Assembly: GCA_038322875.1 (NCBI GenBank)
Contig: JBBQGI010000004.1
Span: forward strand, 1-53,421
Source of the DNA: Candidatus Limnocylindria bacterium
GTDB taxonomy: Bacteria; Chloroflexota; Limnocylindria; QHBO01
Reading direction: 5' to 3'
Length of the DNA: 53,421 nucleotides
Positions 8,499 through 18,123 of the stretch are shown here, piece by piece. The notes below the pieces were generated by a model. It saw only the letters and a program-made list of their open reading frames with translations. It was not told where the DNA came from and searched no databases. The translations under genes and the position numbers were made by a program. Each line of letters opens with the position of its first letter. Position 1 is the first letter of the stretch.

Positions 8499-9227
8499 TC
8501 AGCTGCCCGATGCCGATGGTTCGACGCTTGGGCTGCCGCTGACCGATGGCGCCGGCGTGGGAGTCGGTGGAGGCACGCCGGGGAGGCCACCGAGCATGGC
8601 GAGGTTCTGGGCGTCGTCGGTCCCGATCATCAGGAACACGAGACCGTCCACCGCCCAGGTATAGACCCGCGTCCCGCGCACCGTGGCGTTGTCCTCAGGC
8701 CGCACCCAGACGACGTGGCCGGCGACGGTGGCCAGCATCCAGGCCTCGGGATGGAGGCCGGCGATCCCGACATAGCGGGCCGCCTCGGCCAGATACGGCT
8801 GGAGGTCGGAATTGGTTGCGAAGGGCGGGTTCATGCGCATCCCGAAGAGCGAAAGCCGCGGCCGCGAGACATACGCCAGCTGCAGCGTTCGGAAGCGTGT
8901 GCCGATCGCACCATAGACCTGGCCGATGTCGCCGGGCGTGATCGAGAAGTCGGTGATCGGCGGTATCTGCACCGCCTGGCCCGCGACCGTGGTCGGGATG
9001 AGGGCGACCAGCTCAGGATCCGCCGTGTTGCCGAAGATCGGGGTCGGCAACGGGGTCGGCAGGGGCGTCGCGGTCGGGGCCGGAGTCGCGGTCACGACCG
9101 GAATGGGACTCGGGGTCGGCGACGGCGATGAGCAGGCACCCATGGCCAGCATCATCAGGAGGATTGCGAAGGCCAGCGCCGGGGCGGTGCGCCGCCCGCG
9201 GGCAGCGTCCGGTCGGGTGGTCGGCAT
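8499..9227 (-). CDS. Putative lipoprotein with Pro/Thr-rich linkers
   Basis: Basic N-terminus, hydrophobic core, lipobox-like MGAC, then PTP repeats; TATCAT -10 box 9 nt upstream of ATG. Confidence 0.7.
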   Translation of the reverse strand: MPTTRPDAARGRRTAPALAFAILLMMLAMGACSSPSPTPSPIPVVTATPAPTATPLPTPLPTPIFGNTADPELVALIPTTVAGQAVQIPPITDFSITPGDIGQVYGAIGTRFRTLQLAYVSRPRLSLFGMRMNPPFATNSDLQPYLAEAARYVGIAGLHPEAWMLATVAGHVVWVRPEDNATVRGTRVYTWAVDGLVFLMIGTDDAQNLAMLGGLPGVPPPTPTPAPSVSGSPSVEPSASGS

Positions 9228-9265
9228 CGGGGCGCCATGATAGCGCGCCCGGCGGCCCGAGTTGC

Positions 9266-12200
9266 TCAGGCGGCTCCACGCTCCCGCTCCGGATCGTCAA
9301 CCTCGCGACGGCGCTGGCCGCGATCCGTCCGCGCCGCAACAACCGTGGCGAGCGCGCCGACCACATCCGGGCGGAATCGCCCACCGACGTCGGCGCGAAG
9401 CTCGGCGAGGGCAGCGGCGCGGCCGCCGCGCTTGGCGGTGGAGCTCGACATCAGGGTGTCGTAGGCATCGGCGACCGAGACGATCTGTGCGCCGGTCGAG
9501 GCTTCCTCCGGGCCGACGCCCGAACGGTGCTGCCGAACGATTCGCGCCGCCGGGCGGAGCGAGTGGATCGACTCCAGCTCGCTGGCTCCGAGGATGTCCA
9601 GGCTGTGCAGGCGAGCGGCCATCTCGATCTCCGTCACCTGGTCCGTGGAACAGCCCAGCTCGCCCGCAATCCGGACCGCCAGGTTGCCGACACGGTCGGC
9701 ATGGCCTCGCGCCGTCGGGTCGCGAGCATCGATGGATCGTGCCAGCGCCAGCAGGGCGTCGATGACACCGACGTCGCCCTCGTCGCCGGGCGTGCCGGAG
9801 ATGAGCGCCGAGTGCACGACCTGCCCCCCCGTCCCCGCGTCCGCCGGGAGCTGCAGGGCGGTGCGCGCCAAGCCGTCGAGGGTGCCGCGCAGGTGGCGCA
9901 TCTCGAGCGGGACTTCATTGGCCCGTACCACCTGGTCGCCGCCGGACTGCTTGCCGAAGTAGAGGGCGGTGTCGGCCGCCGCGATCAGGCCGTTCTTGTC
10001 GTCGCTGTCCTCGGGCAGGGTGGCGACACCGATCGAGATGGTGACCGGAGACGCGTCTTTGGCGGTCAACCGGAAGACAGCCATCCGAACGCGTTCCGCG
10101 ATAGCCATGGCGGCGTCGGCGTCGACCCCGGGCAGCACGAGGGCGAACTCATCGCCGCCGTACCGGAAGACGGAGTCATTCGACCGCGCGGCGCCATAGA
10201 TGGCGAGCCCAACCGCGTGCAGCAGGGCGTCGCCCGCTGGGTGGCCGAGCCGGTCGTTGTAGCCCTTGAACAGGTCGAGGTCCATCATCAGGAGCGAGAG
10301 CGGGCGCTGCCTGGCGCGCGAGCGCTTGCCGCGACCCGTGCCAGCGTGGGCGACGAATTCGTCGACCATCTCGCCGAGCATCCGCTGGAAGGCGCCATGA
10401 TTGCGCAGGCCGGTGAGGGCATCGGTGTCGGCCCGCTGGCTGACGGCATGATGTGCGTCGGCGTTGCGCAGTGCGATCGCACCCTGGCCGGCGAAGAGCT
10501 TGATGAGCTCGAAGTCGTTCTCGCTGAAGTAATTCCCTGAACCACCTACCCGCGAGATGTTCATGCAGCCGATCACCTCGCCTCCGCTGATCAGCGGCAC
10601 GACCGCCAGCGCCTCCGGGTCGGCCGGCGTCCCTGGGATCTGGACAGAACGGGGATCGTGCAGCGCGTCGTTTGCGAGCACCGGCTCCGCGTGATCGGTG
10701 GCCCAGCCCATCAGGCCACGCCCGAAGGGGACGACGTAGGCCATCACCTGCTCGGCGTGGCGCTCACGGGTCAGGACCGGCACGAGGACGTGATTCTCGG
10801 GATCCGCGCGGTAGATCGACAGGTTGTCGTAGTGGACCACCGAGCGGAGGCCGTCGGCGATTGTCTCCAGCACGTGCTGCTGGTCGAGGCTCGAGAGGAG
10901 GCGCTCGTTGATCTCGAGCAGGCGGCGCTGCGACTGCAGCTGACGGGCAAGCTCGGCCGATTGCAGCTCGAGCCGCTCGTAGGCCCCGGCGTTGGCGATC
11001 GCCTGGGCGGCGTAGCCGGCGAAGATGGTCATCGTCTGGAGGTCGTTGTTGCTGAACTGGTCCCTGCCGAGCTTGGAGAGCGCGACCACGCCGACCGCGC
11101 GGCCCTCGAATACCATCGGCACCACGAGCATCGACTCGTCGATGTCGTCGGTCCCCTCGATCGTGTGTCCCCGCATGTCGTTCAGTGCGTCGTTGATCAG
11201 AAGCGGCTCGCCATGCTCGGCAACCCAGCCGGTGAACGAGCCCTCGCCGATCTCCACCCGCAGCTTCTCGTGAAAATCCCCCTCCCCCAGCAGGCGATCG
11301 GTGAAGGCGATCGGCTCACAGAAGCCGGTCTCCCAGTTCACGAAGTAGACGCGGATGTCGTGGTAGGCGGCCAATGAGCTGGCCTCCGAGACGATCGCGT
11401 CGGCGATCGCCTGGACATCGGTCAGGCGGTTGAGGCGCGACGACAGGTCCTGGATCGAGCGAATTCGGGCGGCCTGGTCGGCGACCGAGCGGTAGAGGCG
11501 GGCGTTGCTGATGGCGACCGCAGCCTGGTTGGCGAACGACTGTGCGAGTGCGACCTCGTCATCGGGCCACTCGCGATCGCGCGTGTGGTAGAGACCGATG
11601 ATTCCCAGCGCCTGGTCGTGGATGACGAGGGGCACCAGGCAGGCGGTCTTGATCCCCTCTTCGCGATAGACCTTCTGCATGACGCCGACGCCGGCCCGCG
11701 AGTCGGCACCGCGCACCACCATCGAGCGGCGCTCCTTGGCGGCCTGCACGCCGACGGCGGTGGAGCCCCAGGTCAGCTGGTGTGCGACCGCATGGAAGTT
11801 GTCGCCGAGTCCACGGGCGGCGGCGACGTGGAAGGGATGCTCCCCTTCCTCGATCAGCCAGAGGCCGGCCTTCTCGGCGTCGAAGAGGGTTCGGGTCCGG
11901 TCGACGATGTCGTCGAGCACCGTGCTCAGGTCGAGCTGGCCGGCCAACTCCTGTGCCACGTGCCGCAGGGCGCGGGAGCGAGCCACCTCACGCTTGGCAC
12001 GGACCATGCTGCGGGCCATGGCCAGGTTGGCTCCAATCGCGTTGGCGACCATGCGCAGGAACGAGAGTGCGACCTCGGACAACGGCCCTCCCGGCTCGTC
12101 CTCCAGGACGAGCGCGCCAAGGATCTCGCCGGCGGCGCGCAGGGCGAGCTGCCGGCGCAGGGGGCCGACCTTGGCCTCGCCGCCCAGCTTCTCGGGCGCG

Positions 12201-12667
12201 CTCTCCGCGTCGGCGACACCATCCAGTGATTCGGGCGGGGAGGTCTGGTAGCCGGCGTGGGTCTCGAGGTGCAGGACCCCGTCGCCTCCTTCGCGGACCA
12301 CGTAGGCCGCCACGCGGGCGATTCGAAGGTGCGAGCGCAGTGCTTCGACCGCGGTCCGGCAGACGGCGGTCGCGTTCGCCGAGCCGCCGGCTCCCGAGGA
12401 GAGTCGCCCGAGCACCGCCAGCTCGACGGCGATGCGGTTGTCGCGCACTTCCGATCCGCCATTGTCAGAGCCCTCGGCGAGCAGGCGCTCGACGTCGCCG
12501 CTGCGATAGCGTCGGTCACCCCGGGCATTGATCCGGAAGGCCGGGAGACGGCCGGCATCGGTCCAGGAGCGGATGGTGTTGGGATGCACGCCGAGCAATG
12601 CGGCAGCCTGGGCGACGCTGACCAGCGCTCCCCGGTCCTCCCCTCGCTCGCGAGCCGATTGCGCCAC
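9266..12667 (-). CDS. Excisionase/MerR-like HTH + 4 GAF + GGDEF + degenerate HD-GYP signalling protein
   Basis: N-terminal VSVAQAAALLGVHPNTIRSWTDAGRL..GDRRY; four GAF repeats; DALTGL, DLDLFKGYND.LGH, RSND I-site and YGGDEF; C-terminal HADRV..ARLHS..ADAYD. Confidence 0.9.
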   Translation of the reverse strand: MAQSARERGEDRGALVSVAQAAALLGVHPNTIRSWTDAGRLPAFRINARGDRRYRSGDVERLLAEGSDNGGSEVRDNRIAVELAVLGRLSSGAGGSANATAVCRTAVEALRSHLRIARVAAYVVREGGDGVLHLETHAGYQTSPPESLDGVADAESAPEKLGGEAKVGPLRRQLALRAAGEILGALVLEDEPGGPLSEVALSFLRMVANAIGANLAMARSMVRAKREVARSRALRHVAQELAGQLDLSTVLDDIVDRTRTLFDAEKAGLWLIEEGEHPFHVAAARGLGDNFHAVAHQLTWGSTAVGVQAAKERRSMVVRGADSRAGVGVMQKVYREEGIKTACLVPLVIHDQALGIIGLYHTRDREWPDDEVALAQSFANQAAVAISNARLYRSVADQAARIRSIQDLSSRLNRLTDVQAIADAIVSEASSLAAYHDIRVYFVNWETGFCEPIAFTDRLLGEGDFHEKLRVEIGEGSFTGWVAEHGEPLLINDALNDMRGHTIEGTDDIDESMLVVPMVFEGRAVGVVALSKLGRDQFSNNDLQTMTIFAGYAAQAIANAGAYERLELQSAELARQLQSQRRLLEINERLLSSLDQQHVLETIADGLRSVVHYDNLSIYRADPENHVLVPVLTRERHAEQVMAYVVPFGRGLMGWATDHAEPVLANDALHDPRSVQIPGTPADPEALAVVPLISGGEVIGCMNISRVGGSGNYFSENDFELIKLFAGQGAIALRNADAHHAVSQRADTDALTGLRNHGAFQRMLGEMVDEFVAHAGTGRGKRSRARQRPLSLLMMDLDLFKGYNDRLGHPAGDALLHAVGLAIYGAARSNDSVFRYGGDEFALVLPGVDADAAMAIAERVRMAVFRLTAKDASPVTISIGVATLPEDSDDKNGLIAAADTALYFGKQSGGDQVVRANEVPLEMRHLRGTLDGLARTALQLPADAGTGGQVVHSALISGTPGDEGDVGVIDALLALARSIDARDPTARGHADRVGNLAVRIAGELGCSTDQVTEIEMAARLHSLDILGASELESIHSLRPAARIVRQHRSGVGPEEASTGAQIVSVADAYDTLMSSSTAKRGGRAAALAELRADVGGRFRPDVVGALATVVAARTDRGQRRREVDDPERERGAA

Positions 12668-12817
12668 TGCGCGCTCCTGTCCGATGCCTCAGGCGGCCCT
12701 GCCAGCGATTGGAACATCTGGTAGGTGCCGTGCATCAGATGGTAGAAGTGGGTAGGCGTGTCCCCGATACCCCGTTCGTACCGATTTGACCCGGTACCAG
12801 CGGCCTCCGCAGCGTGC

Positions 12818-13579
12818 TCAGCCGACGAGGAAAGCCCAGCCGGCGAGGATTGCGGCCGCTCCGAGGAGCGCGAAGGCGATGGCGAGCAGCACGGTGCCGC
12901 CCAGCATCAACCTGGACCGTGGACCGCCCAGCAACCGCATGGCATCGTCGAGTTCGAGGCTGGTGATGACGTAGCCGCCCCGCGGGGGCATCAGGGTCAC
13001 TAGGCCTTCTTCGTCGCGGCGCACCACGGCGAGCACGAGCAGGCGGTCGATGACGCTCAGCATCCGGGTGGTGGCCCGGGCCCGCCGCAGCGCCCCCTGC
13101 TCTTCGGTCACCCGCGACATCGCAGCGCCATACGACTCCTCGAGCTCGTCGGGGGAACCGTCCCAGACGTGTGGCAGCACGACCAGGGGATCGGCCGCGG
13201 ATGCGGGGTCGATCGACAGCGATCCGTCGTGGTCCCATAGCTGGAACGACCGGGTCTCACGCAACCGCTCGATGCTGCGCCAGCCCCCTCGCGCCGGCAT
13301 CACCTGCACATCGCGGTGGAAGGCCACCAGGCGATCATCGTCCCGCGTGACGATCGGCTCGGCGCAGCGAATGCGGCCGATGACGCGCACCGGTCGCGGT
13401 GGCAGGGGATCCCCTGGCTCGATGTCGAGCAGCTCTCCGACCCGCACCTCGTGAGCGCCGGCCAGGCGGCGCGCCATCGCCGGCCGTGCTCCCGAGCGGC
13501 GCACCAACAGCAGCCCGGCGGCCAGCACCAGCAGCCCGCCCAGCGTCAGCCACAGGGGAACGGCGAGGGAGGCTGGCAT
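12818..13579 (-). CDS. Membrane protein, TM-soluble domain-TM; possibly GIDE (MUL1-type)-like
   Basis: TM helices at both ends; PVRVIGRIRC and SFQLWDHDGSLSIDP resemble GIDE-domain proteins by eye only. Confidence 0.5.
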   Translation of the reverse strand: MPASLAVPLWLTLGGLLVLAAGLLLVRRSGARPAMARRLAGAHEVRVGELLDIEPGDPLPPRPVRVIGRIRCAEPIVTRDDDRLVAFHRDVQVMPARGGWRSIERLRETRSFQLWDHDGSLSIDPASAADPLVVLPHVWDGSPDELEESYGAAMSRVTEEQGALRRARATTRMLSVIDRLLVLAVVRRDEEGLVTLMPPRGGYVITSLELDDAMRLLGGPRSRLMLGGTVLLAIAFALLGAAAILAGWAFLVG

Positions 13580-13745
13580 CGGAGGCCGATTATCCACCGA
13601 TAAGCGGCAGGTAAGCGCTCTTCGTCAGGCTGCCCGCAGTCATCGGCGCGCGTCCCGACGCCGACTGTGCATATAGAGGAGGATCTGTCGCCACCGGAGC
13701 GCATGTCGTTGTCGTTCATCACCCGACCACGCTACGGAGATCCCC

Positions 13746-14762
13746 ATGTCCGCATCGCTCGGCGCTGTAGCGCGCCGTCATCTTCCCGGCCGTCCGCACC
13801 GACTCGGCTCCGTCGCCGCCTTCCCGCTCATCCTCGCAATGCTGGCCGTCGGCATGGCGTCTGCCGACCTTCCGCCGGCCCTTCATCTCGATGCCGCCGA
13901 CGCAGCGCGCGCCGGCATGACCATCCGCCTCGTCGCGCGTCCGCTGCTCGGATCCGAGCTGATCGAGGTGGATTCGCCATCGATGGCGCGGGCGGCAGGC
14001 AGCTTGCTGGCCGTATCGCCGGATGGCAGCCAGGCTGCGCTCGCCGACCGCGTTGGGGAGCTGTCAGGCCAGCTCACGCTCGCCAGCGCCGATGGCTCGC
14101 AGCTTCGACTGCATCTGCCGGGCCTGCTGGCGGCCGGGTTCGCCCCGGATGGCCAGTGGCTCGCCGTCATCGACGGCCGCGGCGCGCTGTGGCGGGTGAC
14201 CACCGGGAGCGGCGAGGCGGCACTCCTTGCCGATGGGCCCTTCCTGGGCTCCCCGATCGTGCGAGCCGACGGATCCCTGCTCCTGCTCTCGGTCCCCTCG
14301 GTCGAGGCGCCGTACGGGTCGCAGCTCGTGCAGGTCGCGGCGTCTGACGGCGCAGCGACGCCCATTACCCACGACGTGCTGGTGTATGCCGCCTTCCCGC
14401 TGGCCGATGGTGGCATTGCTGTGGTTGCTCACGAGCCGGGTCGGACCGTGGTCCGGTCGATTGGCCCCGGCGACGAGGCGTTGCTGGCGGACCTGGGTCC
14501 GGATGTCGTCAACGTGGCCGTGGCGCCGGATGGGCGCCGGATTGCGTACGAGGCGACGGGGAGCGGGATCTACGTGATCGATGGACCTGGAAGCGGTCCG
14601 CGAAGCCTCGGCGGCGGGTCGCACCCCTGCTTCGGGGCCGATGCATCGGCGCTGCTGGTTCGGCGCGGAGCCGGTACCGTCGCGCTCGCACTGGACGGAT
14701 CGGTGCTGGCGACCACCGACCACGTGGCCGGCCTCGCCGGGGCCGTCGGGTGCCTGTCATGA
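13746..14762 (+). CDS. Secreted beta-propeller (TolB/WD40-like) protein
   Basis: Signal-peptide-like segment; repeated blades AVSPDG, FAPDGQWL, VAPDGRRIAY; GGAGA RBS. Confidence 0.75.
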   Translation: MSASLGAVARRHLPGRPHRLGSVAAFPLILAMLAVGMASADLPPALHLDAADAARAGMTIRLVARPLLGSELIEVDSPSMARAAGSLLAVSPDGSQAALADRVGELSGQLTLASADGSQLRLHLPGLLAAGFAPDGQWLAVIDGRGALWRVTTGSGEAALLADGPFLGSPIVRADGSLLLLSVPSVEAPYGSQLVQVAASDGAATPITHDVLVYAAFPLADGGIAVVAHEPGRTVVRSIGPGDEALLADLGPDVVNVAVAPDGRRIAYEATGSGIYVIDGPGSGPRSLGGGSHPCFGADASALLVRRGAGTVALALDGSVLATTDHVAGLAGAVGCLS

Positions 14763-15763
14763 GCGCCAACTTGCGACGCTGGGCCGCATCGTTCCTCGTG
14801 CAGCTGGCCCTGATCGGCCTGGTTGCCGTCCCGGTGCATGCCAGCGACGACTACACGCTCCCCTTCTACAACCCGGGCGTCACGATGAGCTATGGCGTCG
14901 ACCGCGACCGCACGCTGAACCGCCAGCTCGACTGGACCGGACAGGTCTGGAACGACGGGCAGACCCACTCCGGACGGGTCTACGACCAGCACACCGGCGT
15001 CGATTACCCGATGGCGCTGCGCAGCGAGGTTGCGGCGGCGAAAGATGGGACCGTGATCGACGAGGAGGGGGGATACGGGACGACGCAGTACGGATCATTC
15101 GGCAACTTCGTGCTGCTGCAGCATTCGGACGGGCGTCGGACCCTCTACTACCACCTCGCCAGCGCGGCCGACGGTGGCCTTGCGGTTGGGAACGGGGTTG
15201 CCGTGGTTGCGGGACAGGCGATCGGCCGCTCCGGCTGCAGCGGCAACTGCCATGGCCCGCACCTCCATTTCGAGATGCTGGCCTGGAATTCGGCGGCCAG
15301 CGCCTACCAGACGGTCGATCCCCTCGCGGAGCGACGATGGACCACGTGGCCCGGCCGCATCCCGTTCGACGCGTCCTACGTTCGGGAGAGCAACGGTGGC
15401 ACTGAGGTGATCCGCCGGGGCCAGACGATCACGCACTGGGTCGAGTTCCGGAACACCGGTGGCCGGACCTGGCGGAACACCGGCAGCGGCCGGCGGATCG
15501 GACTGGGGACGTGGAGCCCGGCGGCGCACGCGTCGGGGTTCAAGGCCACCGACTGGCCGTCCACCTGGGTGGCGACCTTCCTGGATGCGTCGTCGGTGCC
15601 GCCCAACGGCGTGGGTCGATTCACGTTCGGCCTGCGTGGTTCGCCGGCGCCGGGCAGCTACCGGGAAACGTTCAACCTGATCGCCGAGTCGGTTCGCTGG
15701 TTCGACCACGGACGGCTGGGCAACTACTACGTGCCGATCGTGGTGTCGAATGCCACGCAGTAA
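14759..15763 (+). CDS. Secreted M23 metallopeptidase with C-terminal NBR1/FW-like Ig domain
   Basis: HTGVD and HLH zinc motifs, GNFV..QH, YYHL; C-terminal VEFRNTG..TW..VPP..GRFTF..PGSYRETF; ATGA overlap with the upstream gene. Confidence 0.88.
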   Translation: MSANLRRWAASFLVQLALIGLVAVPVHASDDYTLPFYNPGVTMSYGVDRDRTLNRQLDWTGQVWNDGQTHSGRVYDQHTGVDYPMALRSEVAAAKDGTVIDEEGGYGTTQYGSFGNFVLLQHSDGRRTLYYHLASAADGGLAVGNGVAVVAGQAIGRSGCSGNCHGPHLHFEMLAWNSAASAYQTVDPLAERRWTTWPGRIPFDASYVRESNGGTEVIRRGQTITHWVEFRNTGGRTWRNTGSGRRIGLGTWSPAAHASGFKATDWPSTWVATFLDASSVPPNGVGRFTFGLRGSPAPGSYRETFNLIAESVRWFDHGRLGNYYVPIVVSNATQ

Positions 15764-15787
15764 TACCGATCAGGGGAGGAGCTGTTG

Positions 15788-16240
15788 ATGCGGCGTCGAC
15801 TGGTCCTTTCGCTGATGCTGCTTGCCGCCGCTGGTGCGGCCTGCAGCATGACGTCGGGTTCCGGGTCGCCCGGCGCGAGCACGGTCGGGGACCGGTCGGA
15901 GGGGTTGGCCACGGGCACGCCTCCCTCCGCAGAGTCTTCGGCCGAGCGCCTGCCGCTGCCGAGCGCGTTTCCCGTCCTGGAGGGCGCCGTACCCGAGCCG
16001 ATGCCGGACGACGACGTCGGCCTGATCGGACTGTGGACAAGCGATCGGGTCGGTTCGGCCGCATACGACTTCTACGTCATGGCGCTGCCCCCCGCCGGCT
16101 ATCCGATCATCGGGGTGTATCCGGGTGGAGAGTTCGCGCAGATCCGCTTCGCGGTCGCGGATGGCGCGATCTGGCAGATGGTCGCGCACCGGGGCTTGAG
16201 CGGCCGCGTGACGATCGAGATTCGGCAGGACCGGCCCTAG
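15788..16240 (+). CDS. Putative lipoprotein
   Basis: GGGGAGGAG RBS; MRRRLVLSLMLLAAAGAAC lipobox-like signal. Confidence 0.7.
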   Translation: MRRRLVLSLMLLAAAGAACSMTSGSGSPGASTVGDRSEGLATGTPPSAESSAERLPLPSAFPVLEGAVPEPMPDDDVGLIGLWTSDRVGSAAYDFYVMALPPAGYPIIGVYPGGEFAQIRFAVADGAIWQMVAHRGLSGRVTIEIRQDRP

Positions 16241-16740
16241 GGCACAGGCTCGGCGGCCAGGCTGGCGCGCCTCGCGCCGGCCGCTCGCTGCAGGTCCTGC
16301 GGATCGACGCGGAAGACCGCATCGGGCCGTCCGGCGGCGGCCCACACCTCGTCCTGCGCGAGAAGGTGTTCGTCGATCAGGACCGGCAGTGGGCGCGCGT
16401 GGCCGAGCGGCGGTACGCCACCGATCGCGTACCCGGTCGCCGCCCGCACCTCGTTGCCGTCGGCGCGCCGGACCTGCGCGGCCCCCATGACCGAGGCCAG
16501 CCGCGCCGGGTCGAGGCGGTCAGCCCCGGAGACCAGCGCCACGACGGGTTCGCCGTCGACCATGAAGACGAGCGACTTCACGATCTGCGCCACGTTGCAG
16601 CCGACGGCGCGCGCCGCGTCCTCGGCGGTACGAGTGCCTTCGGGAAAGCGCTCCACCTCGATCTGCAGGCCGGCGTCCGCCGCGGCCTGCACGACGCGCA
16701 GGACCGTTGGATGGAGAGGCTCGTCGCGGGGTGCTGTCAC
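16237..16740 (-). CDS. YbaK/EbsC family aminoacyl-tRNA editing protein
   Basis: TRTAEDAARAVGC, IVKSLVF (conserved Lys), GYAIGGVPPLGH, WAAAG. Confidence 0.92.
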   Translation of the reverse strand: MTAPRDEPLHPTVLRVVQAAADAGLQIEVERFPEGTRTAEDAARAVGCNVAQIVKSLVFMVDGEPVVALVSGADRLDPARLASVMGAAQVRRADGNEVRAATGYAIGGVPPLGHARPLPVLIDEHLLAQDEVWAAAGRPDAVFRVDPQDLQRAAGARRASLAAEPVP

Positions 16741-16788
16741 CGCCGGATGATCGCATGCGTGCTACCCTCGGCGGGACAACCCCAAGAG

Positions 16789-16873
16789 CGACAGGGGAGC
16801 GCGCAAGCGCTGAGAGTGCGGGAAGGCCGCAGACCCTCGAACCTGATCTGGGTCATGCCAGCGAAGGGAGTCG
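16789..16873 (+). promoter_or_regulatory. TPP riboswitch
   Basis: GGGGAGC..GCTGAGAG..ACCCTCGAACCTGATCTGGGTCATGCCAGCGAAGGGAG matches the THI-box core; P1 CGAC/GTCG; extended -10 TGCTACCCT at 16760-16768. Confidence 0.95.
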
Positions 16874-16875
16874 GA

Positions 16876-17526
16876 GTGAAAGCAATCGTGGTGGCCGGCG
16901 GCGATGCCGCGCCGGAGGACGCTGCCCTGCTCGCTGGCGCGGAGCTGGTGGTCGCGGCCGACTCGGGCGCCACCTGGCTGGCCGGCCTCGGCGTTCGCCC
17001 CGACGTGGTGATCGGCGATATGGACTCCGTCGACGCATCCCTCCTTGAACGCCTGGAGGCCGATGGTGTCGCGATCGACCGTCACGCGGCGGACAAGGAC
17101 GCCTCCGATGCGGAGCTGGCCGTCGGGCGCGCCATCGGCGCCGGGGCGACCGAAGTCCTGATCCTGGGGGCACTGGGCGGGGAGCGGCTCGACCATGAGC
17201 TGGCGAATCTCCTCCTGCTGGCCGATCACGCATGGAATCAGGCCGCCCTGCGCATCGTGCGAGGTCCCACGACCGTGCGGGCGCTGGGGAGCGGCGACGA
17301 GCTCGAGCTCACCGGCGTCCTCGGCGATCTTGTCACTCTTCTTTCGCTCGGCGCAGACGCGACGGGCGTGCGCACCCGAGGGCTGCGCTATCCGCTGAAC
17401 GGCGAGACGCTCAAGGCAGGTCGCTCGCGCGGCCTGTCAAACCTGGTGACACAGGCACCGGCATCGGTCTCGCTCGAGGCCGGGACATTGCTGGTGATCG
17501 AAACGCGAAAGGGGTTCGGCACATGA
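16876..17526 (+). CDS. thiN: Thiamine diphosphokinase
   Basis: From GTG 16876: VVAADSGA, PDVVIGDMDS, KDASDAELA, GERLDHELAN, GLRYPL, RGLSN. Confidence 0.93.
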   Translation: MKAIVVAGGDAAPEDAALLAGAELVVAADSGATWLAGLGVRPDVVIGDMDSVDASLLERLEADGVAIDRHAADKDASDAELAVGRAIGAGATEVLILGALGGERLDHELANLLLLADHAWNQAALRIVRGPTTVRALGSGDELELTGVLGDLVTLLSLGADATGVRTRGLRYPLNGETLKAGRSRGLSNLVTQAPASVSLEAGTLLVIETRKGFGT

Positions 17527-18119
17527 CGATCGTCGAGGAGATGGGCCGGGGCCGGTGGCGCACCGTGGATATCGTCCTGGCGGCCGTCCTGGCGGTCGCC
17601 TTCGGTGCGGTCTTCCAGGCATGGAACCTGCTATGGGTGGCACTCCTCCCCGCCTTCGTCGCGGTGCCGCCGTTGCAGGGATTCATGTACGGCGTCTGGC
17701 TCCTGCCCGCGGTGCTGGTGCCGCTGGTCGTCCGACGACCAGGTGCGGCCCTCCTCGGCGAGGGCGTGGCCGGGGTCGCATCGGCCCTCTTCGGGGCGCC
17801 ATGGGGGCTGCTCATCATCGTCTACGGGCTGGCGCAGGGGGGCGCGGCGGAGATCGTCTTTGCAATGTTCCTCTACCGGCGCTGGGGGCTCTCGACCGCC
17901 TTGCTGGCCGGGGCGGCGGCCGGCGCAGCCGCCGTACTGCTCGACCTGGCGATCTTCTACCCGACCTGGTCGGCTGGGTTCCAGGTCCTGTACGCCGTCC
18001 TGGTGATCCCCAGCGCGACCGTCGTAGCGGGGGTCGGCGCGTGGCTATTGGTGCGCGCGCTGGCCGCCACCGGCGTGCTCGGAGCGTTCCCCGCAGGGCG
18101 CGATCAGCCCGAGGTTTGA
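17523..18119 (+). CDS. ykoE: ECF transporter S component (YkoE, thiamine/HMP-related)
   Basis: WRTVDIVLAAVLAVAFG, RRPGAALLGE, QGGAAEIVF; TPP-riboswitch operon. Confidence 0.9.
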   Translation: MTIVEEMGRGRWRTVDIVLAAVLAVAFGAVFQAWNLLWVALLPAFVAVPPLQGFMYGVWLLPAVLVPLVVRRPGAALLGEGVAGVASALFGAPWGLLIIVYGLAQGGAAEIVFAMFLYRRWGLSTALLAGAAAGAAAVLLDLAIFYPTWSAGFQVLYAVLVIPSATVVAGVGAWLLVRALAATGVLGAFPAGRDQPEV

Positions 18120-18123
18120 CGCG

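Noticed and set aside
13637-13745. Hairpin and GAGGAGG in the intergenic region before the beta-propeller gene
   Set aside because: No riboswitch consensus and no credible small ORF correctly spaced from the SD-like sequence.
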